The notes under the pieces: generated by a model
What the model was told of the DNA's origin: nothing
Databases searched by the model: none
Seen by the model: the letters and a program-made list of their open reading frames with translations, nothing else
Translations under genes and position numbers: made by a program
Assembly (NCBI GenBank): GCA_050949055.1
Contig: JBMNFA010000001.1
Location: 543,338-607,337 of the forward strand
Length of the DNA stretch: 64,000 bases
From: Bacillota bacterium
GTDB taxonomy: Bacteria; Bacillota; UBA994; UBA5500
Direction of reading: 5' to 3'
In this document: in pieces, positions 19,007 through 30,068 of the stretch
Layout of the letters: each line of letters opens with the position of its first letter
How positions within the stretch are numbered: position 1 is the first letter of the stretch

Positions 19007-19741
19007 TCATTCCATGCGTTTGAACTCCCGACGCAGGCGCTTGATAATCCGCTTCTCCAGACGGGAGATGTATGATTGCGAGATCCCCAACAGGTCGGCC
19101 ACCTCTTTCTGGGTACGCTCATCCCCATCCTTGAGGCCAAACCGCAGCTCCATGATTGTCCGCTCGCGCTCGCTCAAGCGGCTGAGGGCATTGTTCAGCA
19201 GACACCGGTCCACTTCTGCCTCCAGCTCTTTGTACACTTCACACCCTTCATGGGGTATCACATCCGAGAGCAACAGCTCGTTGCCATCCCAATCTACATT
19301 CAGCGGCTCGTCCAGTGAGATCTCCACCCGGTGGCGATGGTTGCGGCGCAGAAACATCAGAATTTCGTTCTCGATACAGCGGGAGGCGTAGGTAGCCAGC
19401 TTAATGTTTCGGTCAGGATTGAAGGTGTTTACGGCTTTGATCAGCCCGATAGAACCAATAGAAGCCAGGTCCTCGATGGGAATGCCCGTGTTCTCAAACT
19501 TGCGGGCGATGTACACCACCAAACGCAGATTGCGCTCGATGAGCACGCTCTTTACAGCCATGTCACCAATCTTCAGCTGCCCCAGCAAGAAACTCTCTTC
19601 CTGCTCAGACAAGGGCGGGGGCAAAGCCTCCGAACTACCGATGAAATGGATGGCCCGCTGCTCCACATCCACTCCAAGCTTAAGCAACAACCGATAGTAG
19701 AGGATCCTGATCCAAAGCTGTAATCGCGGCCAAGCGTTCAT
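19007..19741 (-). CDS. sigE: Mother-cell sigma factor pro-SigE
   Basis: Basic amphipathic pro-sequence; [37 protein letters not shown]. Confidence 0.97.
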   Translation of the reverse strand: MNAWPRLQLWIRILYYRLLLKLGVDVEQRAIHFIGSSEALPPPLSEQEESFLLGQLKIGDMAVKSVLIERNLRLVVYIARKFENTGIPIEDLASIGSIGLIKAVNTFNPDRNIKLATYASRCIENEILMFLRRNHRHRVEISLDEPLNVDWDGNELLLSDVIPHEGCEVYKELEAEVDRCLLNNALSRLSERERTIMELRFGLKDGDERTQKEVADLLGISQSYISRLEKRIIKRLRREFKRME

Positions 19742-20652
19742 CCCAGCACCTCCTGAGTTGTTTGGTTGACGACAGGCAATAGCCGCTCTGGGATCAATGC
19801 CTGATACGCCCCCTGTTCATGCAGCGAATGATCAGCTATTGCCAACACCACATTCTCGGCGGTGTTGACTGCAGAACCGACAGTTATGGTGGCCCGATCC
19901 ACCCGCCAACCCAGCAGGACCCCCGAACGTCTCCCCACCGAGTGATAGGGAATAAACCGCAGTCGGGCAACCCAAGGCTGGGCGGCCAGATTGTTTAGCG
20001 CTTCAGGCTGCAAGCTGCCGCTGGCAATGAGGGTGACGACATCATCTGGCAGCAGATGGGCCACAGCCTCCAACGAAATGATCACCACCGGGCGGCCAGC
20101 AAAGGGCTCCACCAGCTGGTTGCCCGAGTCCACCAGCCCGTTCAAACTGGTCTCGGTCCCGTTAAGGCTGAAGCTGATGCTAGCCTGGTTGGTCACATGC
20201 ACCAGGCGGTTCTCCAGCAGATTGATCATCCGCTTGCTGGTCAGTCCAGTCACCAGCACGGCCGCCGGCAGGACCCAGAGGGGCAGTCCACCATAAGCCA
20301 AGCTTCCGCCGGGGAAACCCCCACCCAACAACGTCTGTACACCCAGGACACAGCCGGCAGTCAGACAGCTGACCAAAATGAACAGCCCGGATAGCCGCAG
20401 CAACCGCCAAACCAGGCTGGGCTGAAAAGCTATCTGCACCATCCAGCCGGCAAGCACCAGCTTGCAGCCCGGGTGCGAGAAGAAGGTTGCCCAGGGGGTG
20501 ACTATACCCAGACCGTAGACGGCACCCAAGGCACTGGAGAGCAACCAGCGCTGCCAACTCAGCTTCTGGCCGATCAAGCTGGAGGAAAGCCACAGCGCCC
20601 AGCCATTGAGGCCGAGGTTGACTAAGAACAGCAGGTCCACATATACATCCAT
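19738..20652 (-). CDS. spoIIGA: Pro-SigE processing protease SpoIIGA
   Basis: [11 protein letters not shown], multiple TM segments, catalytic [20 protein letters not shown]. Confidence 0.92.
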   Translation of the reverse strand: MDVYVDLLFLVNLGLNGWALWLSSSLIGQKLSWQRWLLSSALGAVYGLGIVTPWATFFSHPGCKLVLAGWMVQIAFQPSLVWRLLRLSGLFILVSCLTAGCVLGVQTLLGGGFPGGSLAYGGLPLWVLPAAVLVTGLTSKRMINLLENRLVHVTNQASISFSLNGTETSLNGLVDSGNQLVEPFAGRPVVIISLEAVAHLLPDDVVTLIASGSLQPEALNNLAAQPWVARLRFIPYHSVGRRSGVLLGWRVDRATITVGSAVNTAENVVLAIADHSLHEQGAYQALIPERLLPVVNQTTQEVLG

Positions 20653-20670
20653 TGGCAAGCCCCCTATTTC

Positions 20671-20717
20671 ATTATAGGGGGACAAGGATAAGGAAAATGT
20701 CTAAGCGCGGTGTCGAA
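20671..20717 (-). promoter_or_regulatory. Spo0A-activated SigA promoter of spoIIG
   Basis: TATAAT at 20671-20676; 0A boxes TGTCTAA (20698-20704) and TGTCGAA (20711-20717); long -35/-10 spacing (21 bp) as known for spoIIG promoters. Confidence 0.7.
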
Positions 20718-20804
20718 TCTTGCCCTTATGGAATCAAAAAGCAGAGCCCTCCAGGTTGGTTTGGATGGGCTCTGCTGGCCGCATATGAATTTTGGGGCTG
20801 CAAA

Positions 20805-21854
20805 CTAGCGTTTACGCCGCATGAAGGCCGGAATATCCAAATCGCTGCTGGCGTGGAAAGGCTTAATTTCAATCTCCTTAAAATCCTGGGTACTGCGAGC
20901 CTGGCTATCAAAGCCAGTGGCGATGACGGTGATGCGGATTTCGTCCTCCAAGCCCTCGTCAATGACAGCTCCAAAAATGAAATTGGCATCGGCATCTACG
21001 GCTTGTGAAATTAACTCTGCCGCTTTGTTCACCTCATGCAGGCTGAGGTTGATGCCGCCGGTGACACTGAGCAGCACCCCTTTGGCCCCCTCGATTGAGG
21101 CTTCTAGCAGCGGGCTGGATATGGCTTGCTTGGCCGCGTCCACGGCGCGATTGTCACCATTGGCTTGACCGATGCCCATCAGGGCGGAGCCAGTCTGGGT
21201 CATGATCGTCTTCACGTCGGCAAAATCGAGGTTGATCAAGCCAGGCACCGCAATCAAATCGGAAATGCCCTGCACGCCTTGCCGTAGCACATCGTCGGCG
21301 ACTTTGAAGGCCTGCATGATCGGCATGTTCTTGTCCACCACCTGCAGCAGACGATCATTGGGAATGGTGATAATGGTATCGACGTGCTCCTTCAGGTTGG
21401 CAATGCCTTTCTCCGCCTGGGTCATCCTCCGCCTTTGCTCAAAGGTGAACGGTTTGGTGACCACGCCCACCGTGAGAGCACCCATCTCTCTTGCCACTTG
21501 CGCCACCACCGGCGCGGCGCCAGTCCCGGTGCCGCCCCCCATGCCCGCGGTGACAAACACCATGTCCGAGCCCCTCAGTGCCTGCTGAATGGCTTCCCGG
21601 CTCTCTTCCGCCGCCTTCATCCCAATTTCCGGGTTAGCACCTGCGCCCAAGCCCCGAGTCAGCTTCTCGCCAATCTGTATCTTGTGGCCGGCCCGCGAAC
21701 GGGATAGCGCCTGAGCATCGGTATTGACGGCGATGAAGTCCACTCCCTTGAGACCAGCATCGATCATGCGGTCGACGGCGTTGCTGCCGCCGCCACCGAT
21801 TCCAATTACCTTAATGCGAGCGTATTGTTCAATCTCCAGATCAAGCTCCAGCAT
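20805..21854 (-). CDS. ftsZ: Cell division GTPase FtsZ
   Basis: [35 protein letters not shown]-terminal DIPAFMR. Confidence 0.99.
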   Translation of the reverse strand: MLELDLEIEQYARIKVIGIGGGGSNAVDRMIDAGLKGVDFIAVNTDAQALSRSRAGHKIQIGEKLTRGLGAGANPEIGMKAAEESREAIQQALRGSDMVFVTAGMGGGTGTGAAPVVAQVAREMGALTVGVVTKPFTFEQRRRMTQAEKGIANLKEHVDTIITIPNDRLLQVVDKNMPIMQAFKVADDVLRQGVQGISDLIAVPGLINLDFADVKTIMTQTGSALMGIGQANGDNRAVDAAKQAISSPLLEASIEGAKGVLLSVTGGINLSLHEVNKAAELISQAVDADANFIFGAVIDEGLEDEIRITVIATGFDSQARSTQDFKEIEIKPFHASSDLDIPAFMRRKR

Positions 21855-21872
21855 GTCCTTACCTCCCCCAAG

Positions 21873-23090
21873 CTACTCCCACATTTCCTTGAACCAACCG
21901 ACAACGCGCGCCAGGAGCCCCACATTGCGCCGGCCTCTGCGCATAGACCTGGTCTGTTCACCGACAGTCTGTCGTCTGATCGCATGCATTACCAGGCCGA
22001 TGGCTGTAGCATATGAACTATCCTCCATTCCACCGACACCATCCTGAGCCAGACGCACACTGCAGGACAGAAACGCCCGCAAGTATGGAGCCAGGCCCTT
22101 CGTCTTTGAAACCCCTCCCACCAAAACCAGGCCGGAAGGAATACTCTCAGGAACATGCATCCGCGGCAACTCCTCCGCGACAAAACTGAAGATCTCATTG
22201 ATTCGCGGTTCAATGATGCTGCTCAGATGACGTACTGGAACCGTACTCTCCTGTCCACCCACATCCTGTATATTGAACTGCCGTTCTTCCGGCACGTTGA
22301 GCAAAGTGCCCTGCTCTATCTTGATCTTCTCAGCTAAAGCGGCGCTGGTCCTCAGTCCCCAAGCGATGTCTCCAGTGATGTAATCACCGCCCAACGCGAT
22401 GGCACCGATGGCCTGCAAAGACCCAGCGTGGTAATAGGCCAGCTCGCAGGTGCCGCCGCCGATATCGGCCAGGACTACCCCTAGCTCCCGTTCATCAGGG
22501 GAGAGTATCATCTCGCCCAAGGCCATGGCGTTAAGCACCAACGCTTCCACAACCAATCCTGCCCGTTCCACGCAACGGACCAGATTCTGCACCGAAGTCA
22601 TCACGCCGGTGACCAGCAGTGCCTCCACCTCCAAGCGGATACCTGCCATGCCGGCCGGCGAGCGAATGCCTTCATAGCCATCGATGATGTATTGCCTGGG
22701 AATGACGTCAAGGATTTCCCGGTTGCTGGGCAGATTGATCACCCTCGCTGCCTGCAACACCCGCTCCACATCGTCCTCAGTGATCTCCTTATCGTCGCTG
22801 GAAACAGCGACGATGCCGCGATTGACAATCAGGGAGGCATGCGTATTCGACACTCCCACATACACGCTGGTAACGTCAACTCCAGCCATGCGTTGTGCCT
22901 GATCCACTGCTTCCTCGATGCAACGAGCCGTGCTCTCGATGTCAACCACGGTGCCTTTCTTGATACCCTGGGAGGGGCTGCAGCCCAAACCAATTATGTT
23001 CCATTCGCCCCGTTGGTCTACTTCACAGATGGCACAACGCACAAACGAAGTACCTATATCAAGACCCGCAAGTATTTCCCTTCTGGCCAC
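21873..23090 (-). CDS. ftsA: Cell division protein FtsA
   Basis: LDIGTS, KKGTVVDIE, ADIGGGT, GGDYITGDI, LVGGVS. GTG start after RBS GGAGG. Confidence 0.96.
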   Translation of the reverse strand: MARREILAGLDIGTSFVRCAICEVDQRGEWNIIGLGCSPSQGIKKGTVVDIESTARCIEEAVDQAQRMAGVDVTSVYVGVSNTHASLIVNRGIVAVSSDDKEITEDDVERVLQAARVINLPSNREILDVIPRQYIIDGYEGIRSPAGMAGIRLEVEALLVTGVMTSVQNLVRCVERAGLVVEALVLNAMALGEMILSPDERELGVVLADIGGGTCELAYYHAGSLQAIGAIALGGDYITGDIAWGLRTSAALAEKIKIEQGTLLNVPEERQFNIQDVGGQESTVPVRHLSSIIEPRINEIFSFVAEELPRMHVPESIPSGLVLVGGVSKTKGLAPYLRAFLSCSVRLAQDGVGGMEDSSYATAIGLVMHAIRRQTVGEQTRSMRRGRRNVGLLARVVGWFKEMWE

Positions 23091-23268
23091 TATCGCACCT
23101 CCTGCCAGGGCCCACTCTAGCATTTATCTGCACACATTGAATCGCCTACAACTGCCTACTTACTAATTCCACATATACAACAAGGTTCCTCTGACAACTA
23201 AGTAATTTATCAGCTTTTTGAGCATAATTCCCGGCAACCCGTCAGCAGTATGTACCGCAGAGCTATGA

Positions 23269-23613
23269 TCAAGCTCTGCCGCGCCAGCGTTCGATTAATA
23301 TCCGCCTAACAATTGCTAGGTTCTGGAATAAGCGTACACCGAAGACAAAGATGGCGGCCATATACAGGTTGACACCCAGCTTGTCCCCCAGAAAGGCGAG
23401 CACTCCCGCCAGCAACGTGTTGAAAAAGAACCCAGTAAGGAAGATCAGGCTGTCAAACTTATTCTCCAGAAGAGCTTTGATCCCTCCAAAAACCGAGTCC
23501 AAGGCGGCCAGCAAAGCCACGGACATATAGGTGGCCAAGGCAGCCGGGACACTGAATTTGGTCAAATAGCCGATCAAGAAACCCAGGGCTAAAGCCAGTA
23601 CTGGTAACAGCAT
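23269..23613 (-). CDS. sbp: Small basic protein Sbp (DUF1290)
   Basis: YMSVALLAALDSVFGG...FFFNTLLA...FGVRLFQNLAIVRR. Confidence 0.9.
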   Translation of the reverse strand: MLLPVLALALGFLIGYLTKFSVPAALATYMSVALLAALDSVFGGIKALLENKFDSLIFLTGFFFNTLLAGVLAFLGDKLGVNLYMAAIFVFGVRLFQNLAIVRRILIERWRGRA

Positions 23614-24335
23614 TATTGGTTGCCTCCTGTTACCGGTTTGGCATAGTCAAATCGGACCGGTCGCTTATATGCAGGAACGCGGATCGTGTCCTCTCTCTTG
23701 ACGGAAATGCCGATACCGAAGTAGCTGAGGGTGTCCACCACACCCTCCCGAATGTGCAACGAGCTATCCAGTGTCTCCGGGTTTCCGATTACTTTGATCA
23801 CGAAGGGGGCACCGACCCTGACGTTGTTGATGGAGATGGTCGGGCCCGCACAGTGAATCTCTGACGTAGCCAACAGCCTTTGCTCGTTGATGGATATGGC
23901 CTCGGCCCCGGCTGCAGACAGTACATTGACCAGCTTGAGCAGGTCTTCATCATGCACCAGATAGACATTAGGGTTATCTCCCGGTCGGGATACTGCTTGG
24001 CTGTCGCTGAGGGTGATCACCAAGCCGGGACCTTCCACCGCCACCAAGCCAGCCAGCAGGCGAGCATTCTCCAATTCCGACTGAATTACCTGCATCGAAC
24101 TTTCGCCTTTCAGGGCAGCCTGCTCGTATTGCTGCACCCGCTCGCGCATCTCCTCCAGGTCCCGCGTCAGCAGTTGATTCTGGCTGATCGTCTCCATCAA
24201 TACGGAGCGCATCTCGGTCACCCGCAGATCGGGGAGCGCGCCTTCCATTTCGGTGGCTGAACGAAACTGGACAGCAATAAACAGCCCTACCAGGAGAGCC
24301 ACCAAGGAAATCGTCAGCTGTACCTTCATCTTCAT
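23613..24335 (-). CDS. DUF881 family division/sporulation protein
   Basis: AGLVAVEGPGLVITLSD, VHDEDL, AGAEAISINEQR, APFVIKVIG. Confidence 0.9.
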   Translation of the reverse strand: MKMKVQLTISLVALLVGLFIAVQFRSATEMEGALPDLRVTEMRSVLMETISQNQLLTRDLEEMRERVQQYEQAALKGESSMQVIQSELENARLLAGLVAVEGPGLVITLSDSQAVSRPGDNPNVYLVHDEDLLKLVNVLSAAGAEAISINEQRLLATSEIHCAGPTISINNVRVGAPFVIKVIGNPETLDSSLHIREGVVDTLSYFGIGISVKREDTIRVPAYKRPVRFDYAKPVTGGNQ

Positions 24336-24387
24336 CTAATTCAGCCCCTTTAAATCGGTAAGCATTGATTGCTCCAGGCGAGTGGCT

Positions 24388-25119
24388 TCATCGGCCCTCG
24401 CTGAACACTGCCTTGCCGCTGCTGACGTCCAATCGCCCTGTCAACAACTGATCCTGTTGGTCTTCTCGTACCTTGTCCAACATCGCCGCCAGAGCAGCAA
24501 ACTTGGTCTCCAGATTCTTGCAGTCCCCCACTACGATGCGCAGCGGATCTCGGGAATAGAGGATGACGCTCTCTGGATTGCTGATGTTGATCTCCGAGAT
24601 TTCATGCTGCAGTGCCTCTGGCATCGCTTGAAGACAAGCAGCGGCGGCAGACCATCCCCGTTCATCCTGTATCTTATCGCCAACTGTCGGCGACACCTGC
24701 ATGAGGCCAGTGACCACCGGCAGGTTAAGCGATGCAAACTGAGCGGTCACGGCCAGCACCCGCCCCTCTTGGTCAACCACCAGCCAGTTGCTAAAGTAGG
24801 GAATGGCGGCAACGCCCACGTTCTCGTCGATCTCGATCACCAATGTGGACGGCAAGCGGCGATAGACCCGAGCAGACAAAATGCGCTTATCCGCCTCCAG
24901 CCGCGACTTGATCTGGCCCAAATCAATCTTCAACAGGCTCATACCGCGGCTGACACCAGCCAGTTGCTCCACTTGCCAAGGGCTGAGGGTGTTCAACTCC
25001 AAGATCTCTATCTGCTTAATGGCCAAGAACCAAGGAGCTTGTACCACCTGCCAGCAAAAAAGAAGGAGCAACAATGCCAGAAAGGCAAATTTCAGTTTCC
25101 TGCTAGCTTTCACAGCCAT
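24388..25119 (-). CDS. ftsQ: Cell division protein FtsQ/DivIB
   Basis: N-terminal TM, POTRA domain (ARVYRRLPSTLVIEIDE), dcw position. Confidence 0.85.
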   Translation of the reverse strand: MAVKASRKLKFAFLALLLLLFCWQVVQAPWFLAIKQIEILELNTLSPWQVEQLAGVSRGMSLLKIDLGQIKSRLEADKRILSARVYRRLPSTLVIEIDENVGVAAIPYFSNWLVVDQEGRVLAVTAQFASLNLPVVTGLMQVSPTVGDKIQDERGWSAAAACLQAMPEALQHEISEINISNPESVILYSRDPLRIVVGDCKNLETKFAALAAMLDKVREDQQDQLLTGRLDVSSGKAVFSEGR

Positions 25120-25301
25120 TGTCCTCCCAATTTCATGTAAGCTCCAATGCTACCTAGGCGTCAAGCCTCAGTCCAACTTCTTTCGGTTGTGGTAGACCCT
25201 GCATGATCTGGTTTGAGACTCGGCACCTTCCTATTACTTCATCATAGCACAGATCAGTATATTTACACAGCATCCTTAATCTGTCTGTCGCTGGACCCAT
25301 C

Positions 25302-26558
25302 CTATTCACCTATGCATTCGATCAATGCGCCTAGGCCACGCATGTTTTCCTTTAAGCGTTCGTATCCGCGGTAGATGTGGTGCACTTCGTCGATCACCGT
25401 CAACCCTTCTGCCGCTAGGGCCGCCAATACCAGCGCAGCACCTGCCCTGAGGTCTGTGGTGGTGACATTGGCGCTGCTGAAGGCGCTCACGCCTTTGATC
25501 ACCGCGGTGCGTTCGTTCACTTTGATATTCGCTCCCATGCGGCGCAACTCATCCACATGTTTGTAGCGGCTCTCAAACACTGTCTCGGTGACGATGCTGG
25601 TACCCTCAGCCAGGCAGAGCAAAGCCATCATCGGTGCCTGTAGATCGGTAGGAAAGCCGGGATATGGCAAGGTGCGCAATGACTCGATGGCTTGTAGCCG
25701 GCGGCTGGCACCCACTGTGATCTCATCCTCACCGACCTCCACATCGGCACCCATCTCGCGCAATTTGGCCAGCAGCGACTCCAAGTGCTCCGGAATGACG
25801 TTTTCCGCGGTGACGCGGCCACCGGTAATAGCGCCGGCCAGCAAATATGTTCCGGCTACAATGCGATCTGGGATAACGGTGTGCTCCGCTCCATGCAAAG
25901 CCGCCACCCCTTCAATCCGAATGGTATCAGTCCCGGCACCCCTGACATTAGCGCCCATGGCGTTGAGGAAATTCTGCAGGTCCACGATCTCGGGCTCTTT
26001 GGCCGCATTGCTGATCGTCGTCTGGCCGGCGGCCAGGGTAGCCGCCATCATCAAGTTCTCAGTCGCCCCTACGCTGGGGTAGTCCAGATGGATAGCTGCC
26101 CCTTTCAGTCTAGTGGCGCTAGCCGCTATGTAACCGTGTCGCTCCTTGATGGTCACTCCCAACTCTCGTAGTCCCTTGAGGTGCAAATCAATCGGCCTGG
26201 TGCCGATGGCACAGCCTCCCGGTTGCGAGACTTTGGCATATCCAAACCTCGCCAGCAGTGCCCCCATCACAATGATGGAAGAGCGCATTTCACGCATCAG
26301 CGCTTCCGGGATGGTCTGAGAAGTCAGCCTGGCCGCCTCGATATAGCAACCATCGGCTGCTTCAGACACCTCTACACCCAAGTTGCGCAAGATACTCCAC
26401 ATCACCTTCACATCGGTGAGATTTGGCAACCCCTGGATGAGGCATGGCTCTGGCGTCAGCAGCGTTGCCGCCAGTATTGGTAGGGCAGCATTCTTAGCAC
26501 CACCTATTCGCACCCGGCCCTGCAATGGATGGCCTCCCGCTATTACAATTCTTTCCAT
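25302..26558 (-). CDS. murA: UDP-N-acetylglucosamine 1-carboxyvinyltransferase
   Basis: GAKNAALP, MRSSI, PGGCAIGTRP (Cys loop), SVGATEN, PGFPTDLQ, DLRAGAA. Confidence 0.95.
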   Translation of the reverse strand: MERIVIAGGHPLQGRVRIGGAKNAALPILAATLLTPEPCLIQGLPNLTDVKVMWSILRNLGVEVSEAADGCYIEAARLTSQTIPEALMREMRSSIIVMGALLARFGYAKVSQPGGCAIGTRPIDLHLKGLRELGVTIKERHGYIAASATRLKGAAIHLDYPSVGATENLMMAATLAAGQTTISNAAKEPEIVDLQNFLNAMGANVRGAGTDTIRIEGVAALHGAEHTVIPDRIVAGTYLLAGAITGGRVTAENVIPEHLESLLAKLREMGADVEVGEDEITVGASRRLQAIESLRTLPYPGFPTDLQAPMMALLCLAEGTSIVTETVFESRYKHVDELRRMGANIKVNERTAVIKGVSAFSSANVTTTDLRAGAALVLAALAAEGLTVIDEVHHIYRGYERLKENMRGLGALIECIGE

Positions 26559-26825
26559 GCTACGATTCACCCCTCTCGTTGTCCGGCAAAGACCTGCCTT
26601 TAGCGGACTGTGACTACATACTATGGGTAGGCCGAGTATTTTGTGACAAGGAGCTTGTCTGACAAAACGGCATGATTCAGTCAATACCAGTGGCCACTCT
26701 CCATCGGCTAGACTGGCGTGCTTAGGCGCTGTCCGCGAACAATTCGGTATCAGCCGATAGTTGCTTGCGCACCAATCAATTGACTGGGATCGCAAGTTCG
26801 GAAGGGCAGCCTCGCGAAGGCAGGT

Positions 26826-27929
26826 TTATCCTCGGGCCAACGCCAGCACTAGCTGCCCCAGCCGCAAGGTGGCCCCCGGATGGCTGGCTGCTTTGCTGGC
26901 AGCAGCCATTTGATTCCAGCGAGTCTTGTCCCCCAGAATATCCTCTATATTGGCGGCTAGATTGTCCGCCGATAGCATCTGCTCTCTGATCACCAACGCT
27001 GCACCTTGTCGAGCCAGGGCATTAGCGTTGTGTTCCTGATGGTTGTCTGTGACATTAGGCGACGGGATGAAGATGGCCGGCACCCCACAAGCGGCTATCT
27101 CCTCCATGGTGCTGGCACCTGCGCGGGAAATGACCAGATCCGCCGCCGCTAAGGCATGAGGCATGTCGTACATGAAGCGGATCACCTGCCAACGATGATC
27201 GGCTCGGTTGCTGGTCTCTCGCCATTCGCTGACCATGTTAAAATACCGCTCCCCAGCCACCTGCAGCAAGTACAGTTGCGGATCCTGAAGCAAACGCTGC
27301 GCGCAATTGGCCACCGCCTGATTCAGCTTCAATGCTCCCCCGCTGCCGCCCACCGACATCACTACCTTCGCGTCTGGAGGCAGGCCCAGCCTTTTTCTGC
27401 CCTCGGCGCGATCGGTATGATAGAACTCCTGGCGGATGGGCATACCAGTGACCTCAATCCGTTTGGCTTTAGGAAGCCTAGCACCGGCCTCCTGATGGCT
27501 GGTGGCCACCACGCTGGCTACTCGGGACAGCCAACGCGTGGTCAAACCTGGGTACGCATTCTGCTCGTGGATCAGCGTCGGCACCCCCAACCCCGCCGCG
27601 GCCATGATCGCCGGCCCGCTGGCATAGCCACCGGTCCCTACCGCTACGTCAGGGTTGAAGCCACGCACGATGCGTCTGGCTTGCAGCAGGCCTTGCCCCG
27701 CCCACCAGAGGCTGCGGGCCGCCTGCAGCGGGTTGGACCGGGAAAGTCCGACCACCCGAAGCGTCTCCAGCGGAAAACCTTCTTTGGGAATGAGCGTAGT
27801 CTCCATACCTCGTTCAGCCCCGATAAACAGGATTTCTGCATCCGGACAGAGGTTAAGAACCGACTTGGCAATGGCTACCGCCGGATAAATGTGGCCGCCG
27901 GTACCACCGCCAGAAAAGACTACTCGCAT
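26826..27929 (-). CDS. murG: MurG glycosyltransferase
   Basis: GGGTGGHIYP, GTGGYASGP, HEQN, GGSGGA, RAGAST, NHQEHNA. Confidence 0.96.
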   Translation of the reverse strand: MRVVFSGGGTGGHIYPAVAIAKSVLNLCPDAEILFIGAERGMETTLIPKEGFPLETLRVVGLSRSNPLQAARSLWWAGQGLLQARRIVRGFNPDVAVGTGGYASGPAIMAAAGLGVPTLIHEQNAYPGLTTRWLSRVASVVATSHQEAGARLPKAKRIEVTGMPIRQEFYHTDRAEGRKRLGLPPDAKVVMSVGGSGGALKLNQAVANCAQRLLQDPQLYLLQVAGERYFNMVSEWRETSNRADHRWQVIRFMYDMPHALAAADLVISRAGASTMEEIAACGVPAIFIPSPNVTDNHQEHNANALARQGAALVIREQMLSADNLAANIEDILGDKTRWNQMAAASKAASHPGATLRLGQLVLALARG

Positions 27930-27940
27930 CTAGATCACCG

Positions 27941-29083
27941 TCATTCTCGCACGTATTTGGAAACGTTCAGTAAAACACCAATGGAAGCCATAGTAAAGAG
28001 CAGCGAAGAGCCGCCGTAGCTGATCAAGGGCAGAGTGATGCCAGTGGTAGGTATGCTTCCGGTGACCACGGCGATATTGATGATCGCCTGCAGACCAACC
28101 ATGGTGGTCATCCCTACGGCCAGCAAAGAAGCGAAGGCATCGGGGGCGCTCATGGCAATACGGAAGCCCCGCCAGATGAATACTCCGAACAGCAACACCA
28201 CCAGGCTGGTGCCGAAGAACCCCAACTCCTCACCGATGATGGCCAAAATGAAGTCCGTGTGAGGTTCGGGCAGGTAGAACTGCTTCTGTATACTTTGAGC
28301 CAACCCTCGTCCGAACAGGCCCCCAGGCCCTAGCGCATAAAAGGATTGAATCAACTGAAAGCCATCCCCAGTGGGATCAGACCACGGATTGAGGAAGCTT
28401 AAGCGATCTATGCGATAATCAGAAGTGAAGACCAGCAAGCCAACGGCCGCCAGCGCCAACACACCTAACGCAATGATATGGCTCCATTTGGCGCCAGCCA
28501 CAAAGATCATCACTGCCGCTACGGCGAAAATGGCAATGGCCGTTCCTAAGTCCGGTTCAGCCACCACCAACCCGCAAACCAGACCGGTAAGCAGCAGGCA
28601 AGGCAGTAGGCCTTTGTGAAAACTCTGCATCGACTTGCCTTTGTCGGCCATCATTTTGGCTAAGAAGAAGGCGAGACTGATCTTGGCGATCTCCGAGGGC
28701 TGCAATACCTGGTCTCCAATGCCCAACCAGCGCCGCGAACCGTTGCGCTCCACCCCGATACCGGGGATTAGGACTAACAACAGCAGGATGATGGACACTA
28801 TGAAGGCCAGCTTGGACAACTTGGCCAAATTCCAGTAGTTGATGCGCATCCCGAGCAGCAAAGCAACCAGCCCGATCAGCACCCAGGACAACTGCCGCCG
28901 AGCAAAAAAGTAGCTGTAACCATCTGGGTCTGCGACTGTCTTGGTGCTGTGGCGTGAAACAAACTCACTGGCACTATAGACCATGACCAAACCAACCGCC
29001 AGCAACAGCATTACCGTAACCAACAGAACGAAATCCGGCGCATGTTTTCGTTGTCTCACCCTCGCCACCCTTCCCTCTACCAT
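27941..29083 (-). CDS. spoVE: SEDS protein SpoVE/FtsW
   Basis: GSRRW, QPSEIAK, EPDLGT, LPEPHTDFI, PTTGITLPLISYGGSS. Confidence 0.9.
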   Translation of the reverse strand: MVEGRVARVRQRKHAPDFVLLVTVMLLLAVGLVMVYSASEFVSRHSTKTVADPDGYSYFFARRQLSWVLIGLVALLLGMRINYWNLAKLSKLAFIVSIILLLLVLIPGIGVERNGSRRWLGIGDQVLQPSEIAKISLAFFLAKMMADKGKSMQSFHKGLLPCLLLTGLVCGLVVAEPDLGTAIAIFAVAAVMIFVAGAKWSHIIALGVLALAAVGLLVFTSDYRIDRLSFLNPWSDPTGDGFQLIQSFYALGPGGLFGRGLAQSIQKQFYLPEPHTDFILAIIGEELGFFGTSLVVLLFGVFIWRGFRIAMSAPDAFASLLAVGMTTMVGLQAIINIAVVTGSIPTTGITLPLISYGGSSLLFTMASIGVLLNVSKYVRE

Positions 29084-29090
29084 CTAGCGT

Positions 29091-30068
29091 TCATGCCAAT
29101 ATCAAGAGACCGATAATGCCTCCTGCTACGCTGAGAATAGACCAGACTGCGACTATCTTGACCTCTGACCAGCCACCCAACTCGAAATGATGATGGATCG
29201 GTGCCATACGAAACACCCGGCGACCGCCGGTCAGCTTGAAGTAGGTTACCTGGATCACATCAGACAGGGTCTCCAGCAAGTAAACCACTCCGATGGGTAT
29301 GAGCAACAGTTCCGTCTTGGTGAGTACTGCCCAACAGGTCAGTGCGCCACCCAAGGCCAATGAACCCACGTCCCCCATGAACACCTTGGCCGGGTGCCAA
29401 TTGAAGCGCAAGTAAGCCAACAATCCGCCGATCATCGCTGCGGCGGTCAATGACACTACTGGAACATCCTTAATCCACCCGATGAACAGATATGCCACGG
29501 AAGTAATCAGGAAGCTGGTGCCGCAGAGGCCGTCCACGCCATCGGTGAGATTGACGGCATTTGCTTCTGCTATACTGACGAAGACCACAAAAGGCCAATA
29601 GAGCCATCCCAAACTGATTTGCCAACCGACCACCGGCACCGTCAGGTGGTCCGGCACCCCCAGGTAACGCAACATGAAGAAGAACAGCGTGCCCACCAGC
29701 AGTTCACCCAGTAGCTTTTCCCGCGCCCTTAACCCCAGAGACCTCTTCTTAACCACTTTCAGGTAATCATCTACAAAACCGATTACACCAAAACCTAACA
29801 GCAACCACAGCCAAACCAACAGCGGTTGTAGCTGATCGAAGGGAATCCAAAGCAGCAAGCTGACCACTACGGGGATGAGAAAGATCAACCCCCCCATGGT
29901 CGGGGTGCCGGTCTTGCTCAAATGGGTAGACGGACCATCATCTCGCACAGTCTGACCGACCCGCAAGCGTTTGAGGTGTACGATCAAGACAGGGCCAAGC
30001 AACAATCCCAGCACCAAGGAGGTCAAACCTGCCCTTAGCAGCAGCCGTTCAATGTCCACGTTCCTCAC
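29091..30068 (-). CDS. mraY: Phospho-MurNAc-pentapeptide transferase
   Basis: KTGTPTMGG, DDYLK, NAVNLTDGVDG, FMGDVGS, MAPIHHHFE. Confidence 0.97.
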   Translation of the reverse strand: MRNVDIERLLLRAGLTSLVLGLLLGPVLIVHLKRLRVGQTVRDDGPSTHLSKTGTPTMGGLIFLIPVVVSLLLWIPFDQLQPLLVWLWLLLGFGVIGFVDDYLKVVKKRSLGLRAREKLLGELLVGTLFFFMLRYLGVPDHLTVPVVGWQISLGWLYWPFVVFVSIAEANAVNLTDGVDGLCGTSFLITSVAYLFIGWIKDVPVVSLTAAAMIGGLLAYLRFNWHPAKVFMGDVGSLALGGALTCWAVLTKTELLLIPIGVVYLLETLSDVIQVTYFKLTGGRRVFRMAPIHHHFELGGWSEVKIVAVWSILSVAGGIIGLLILA

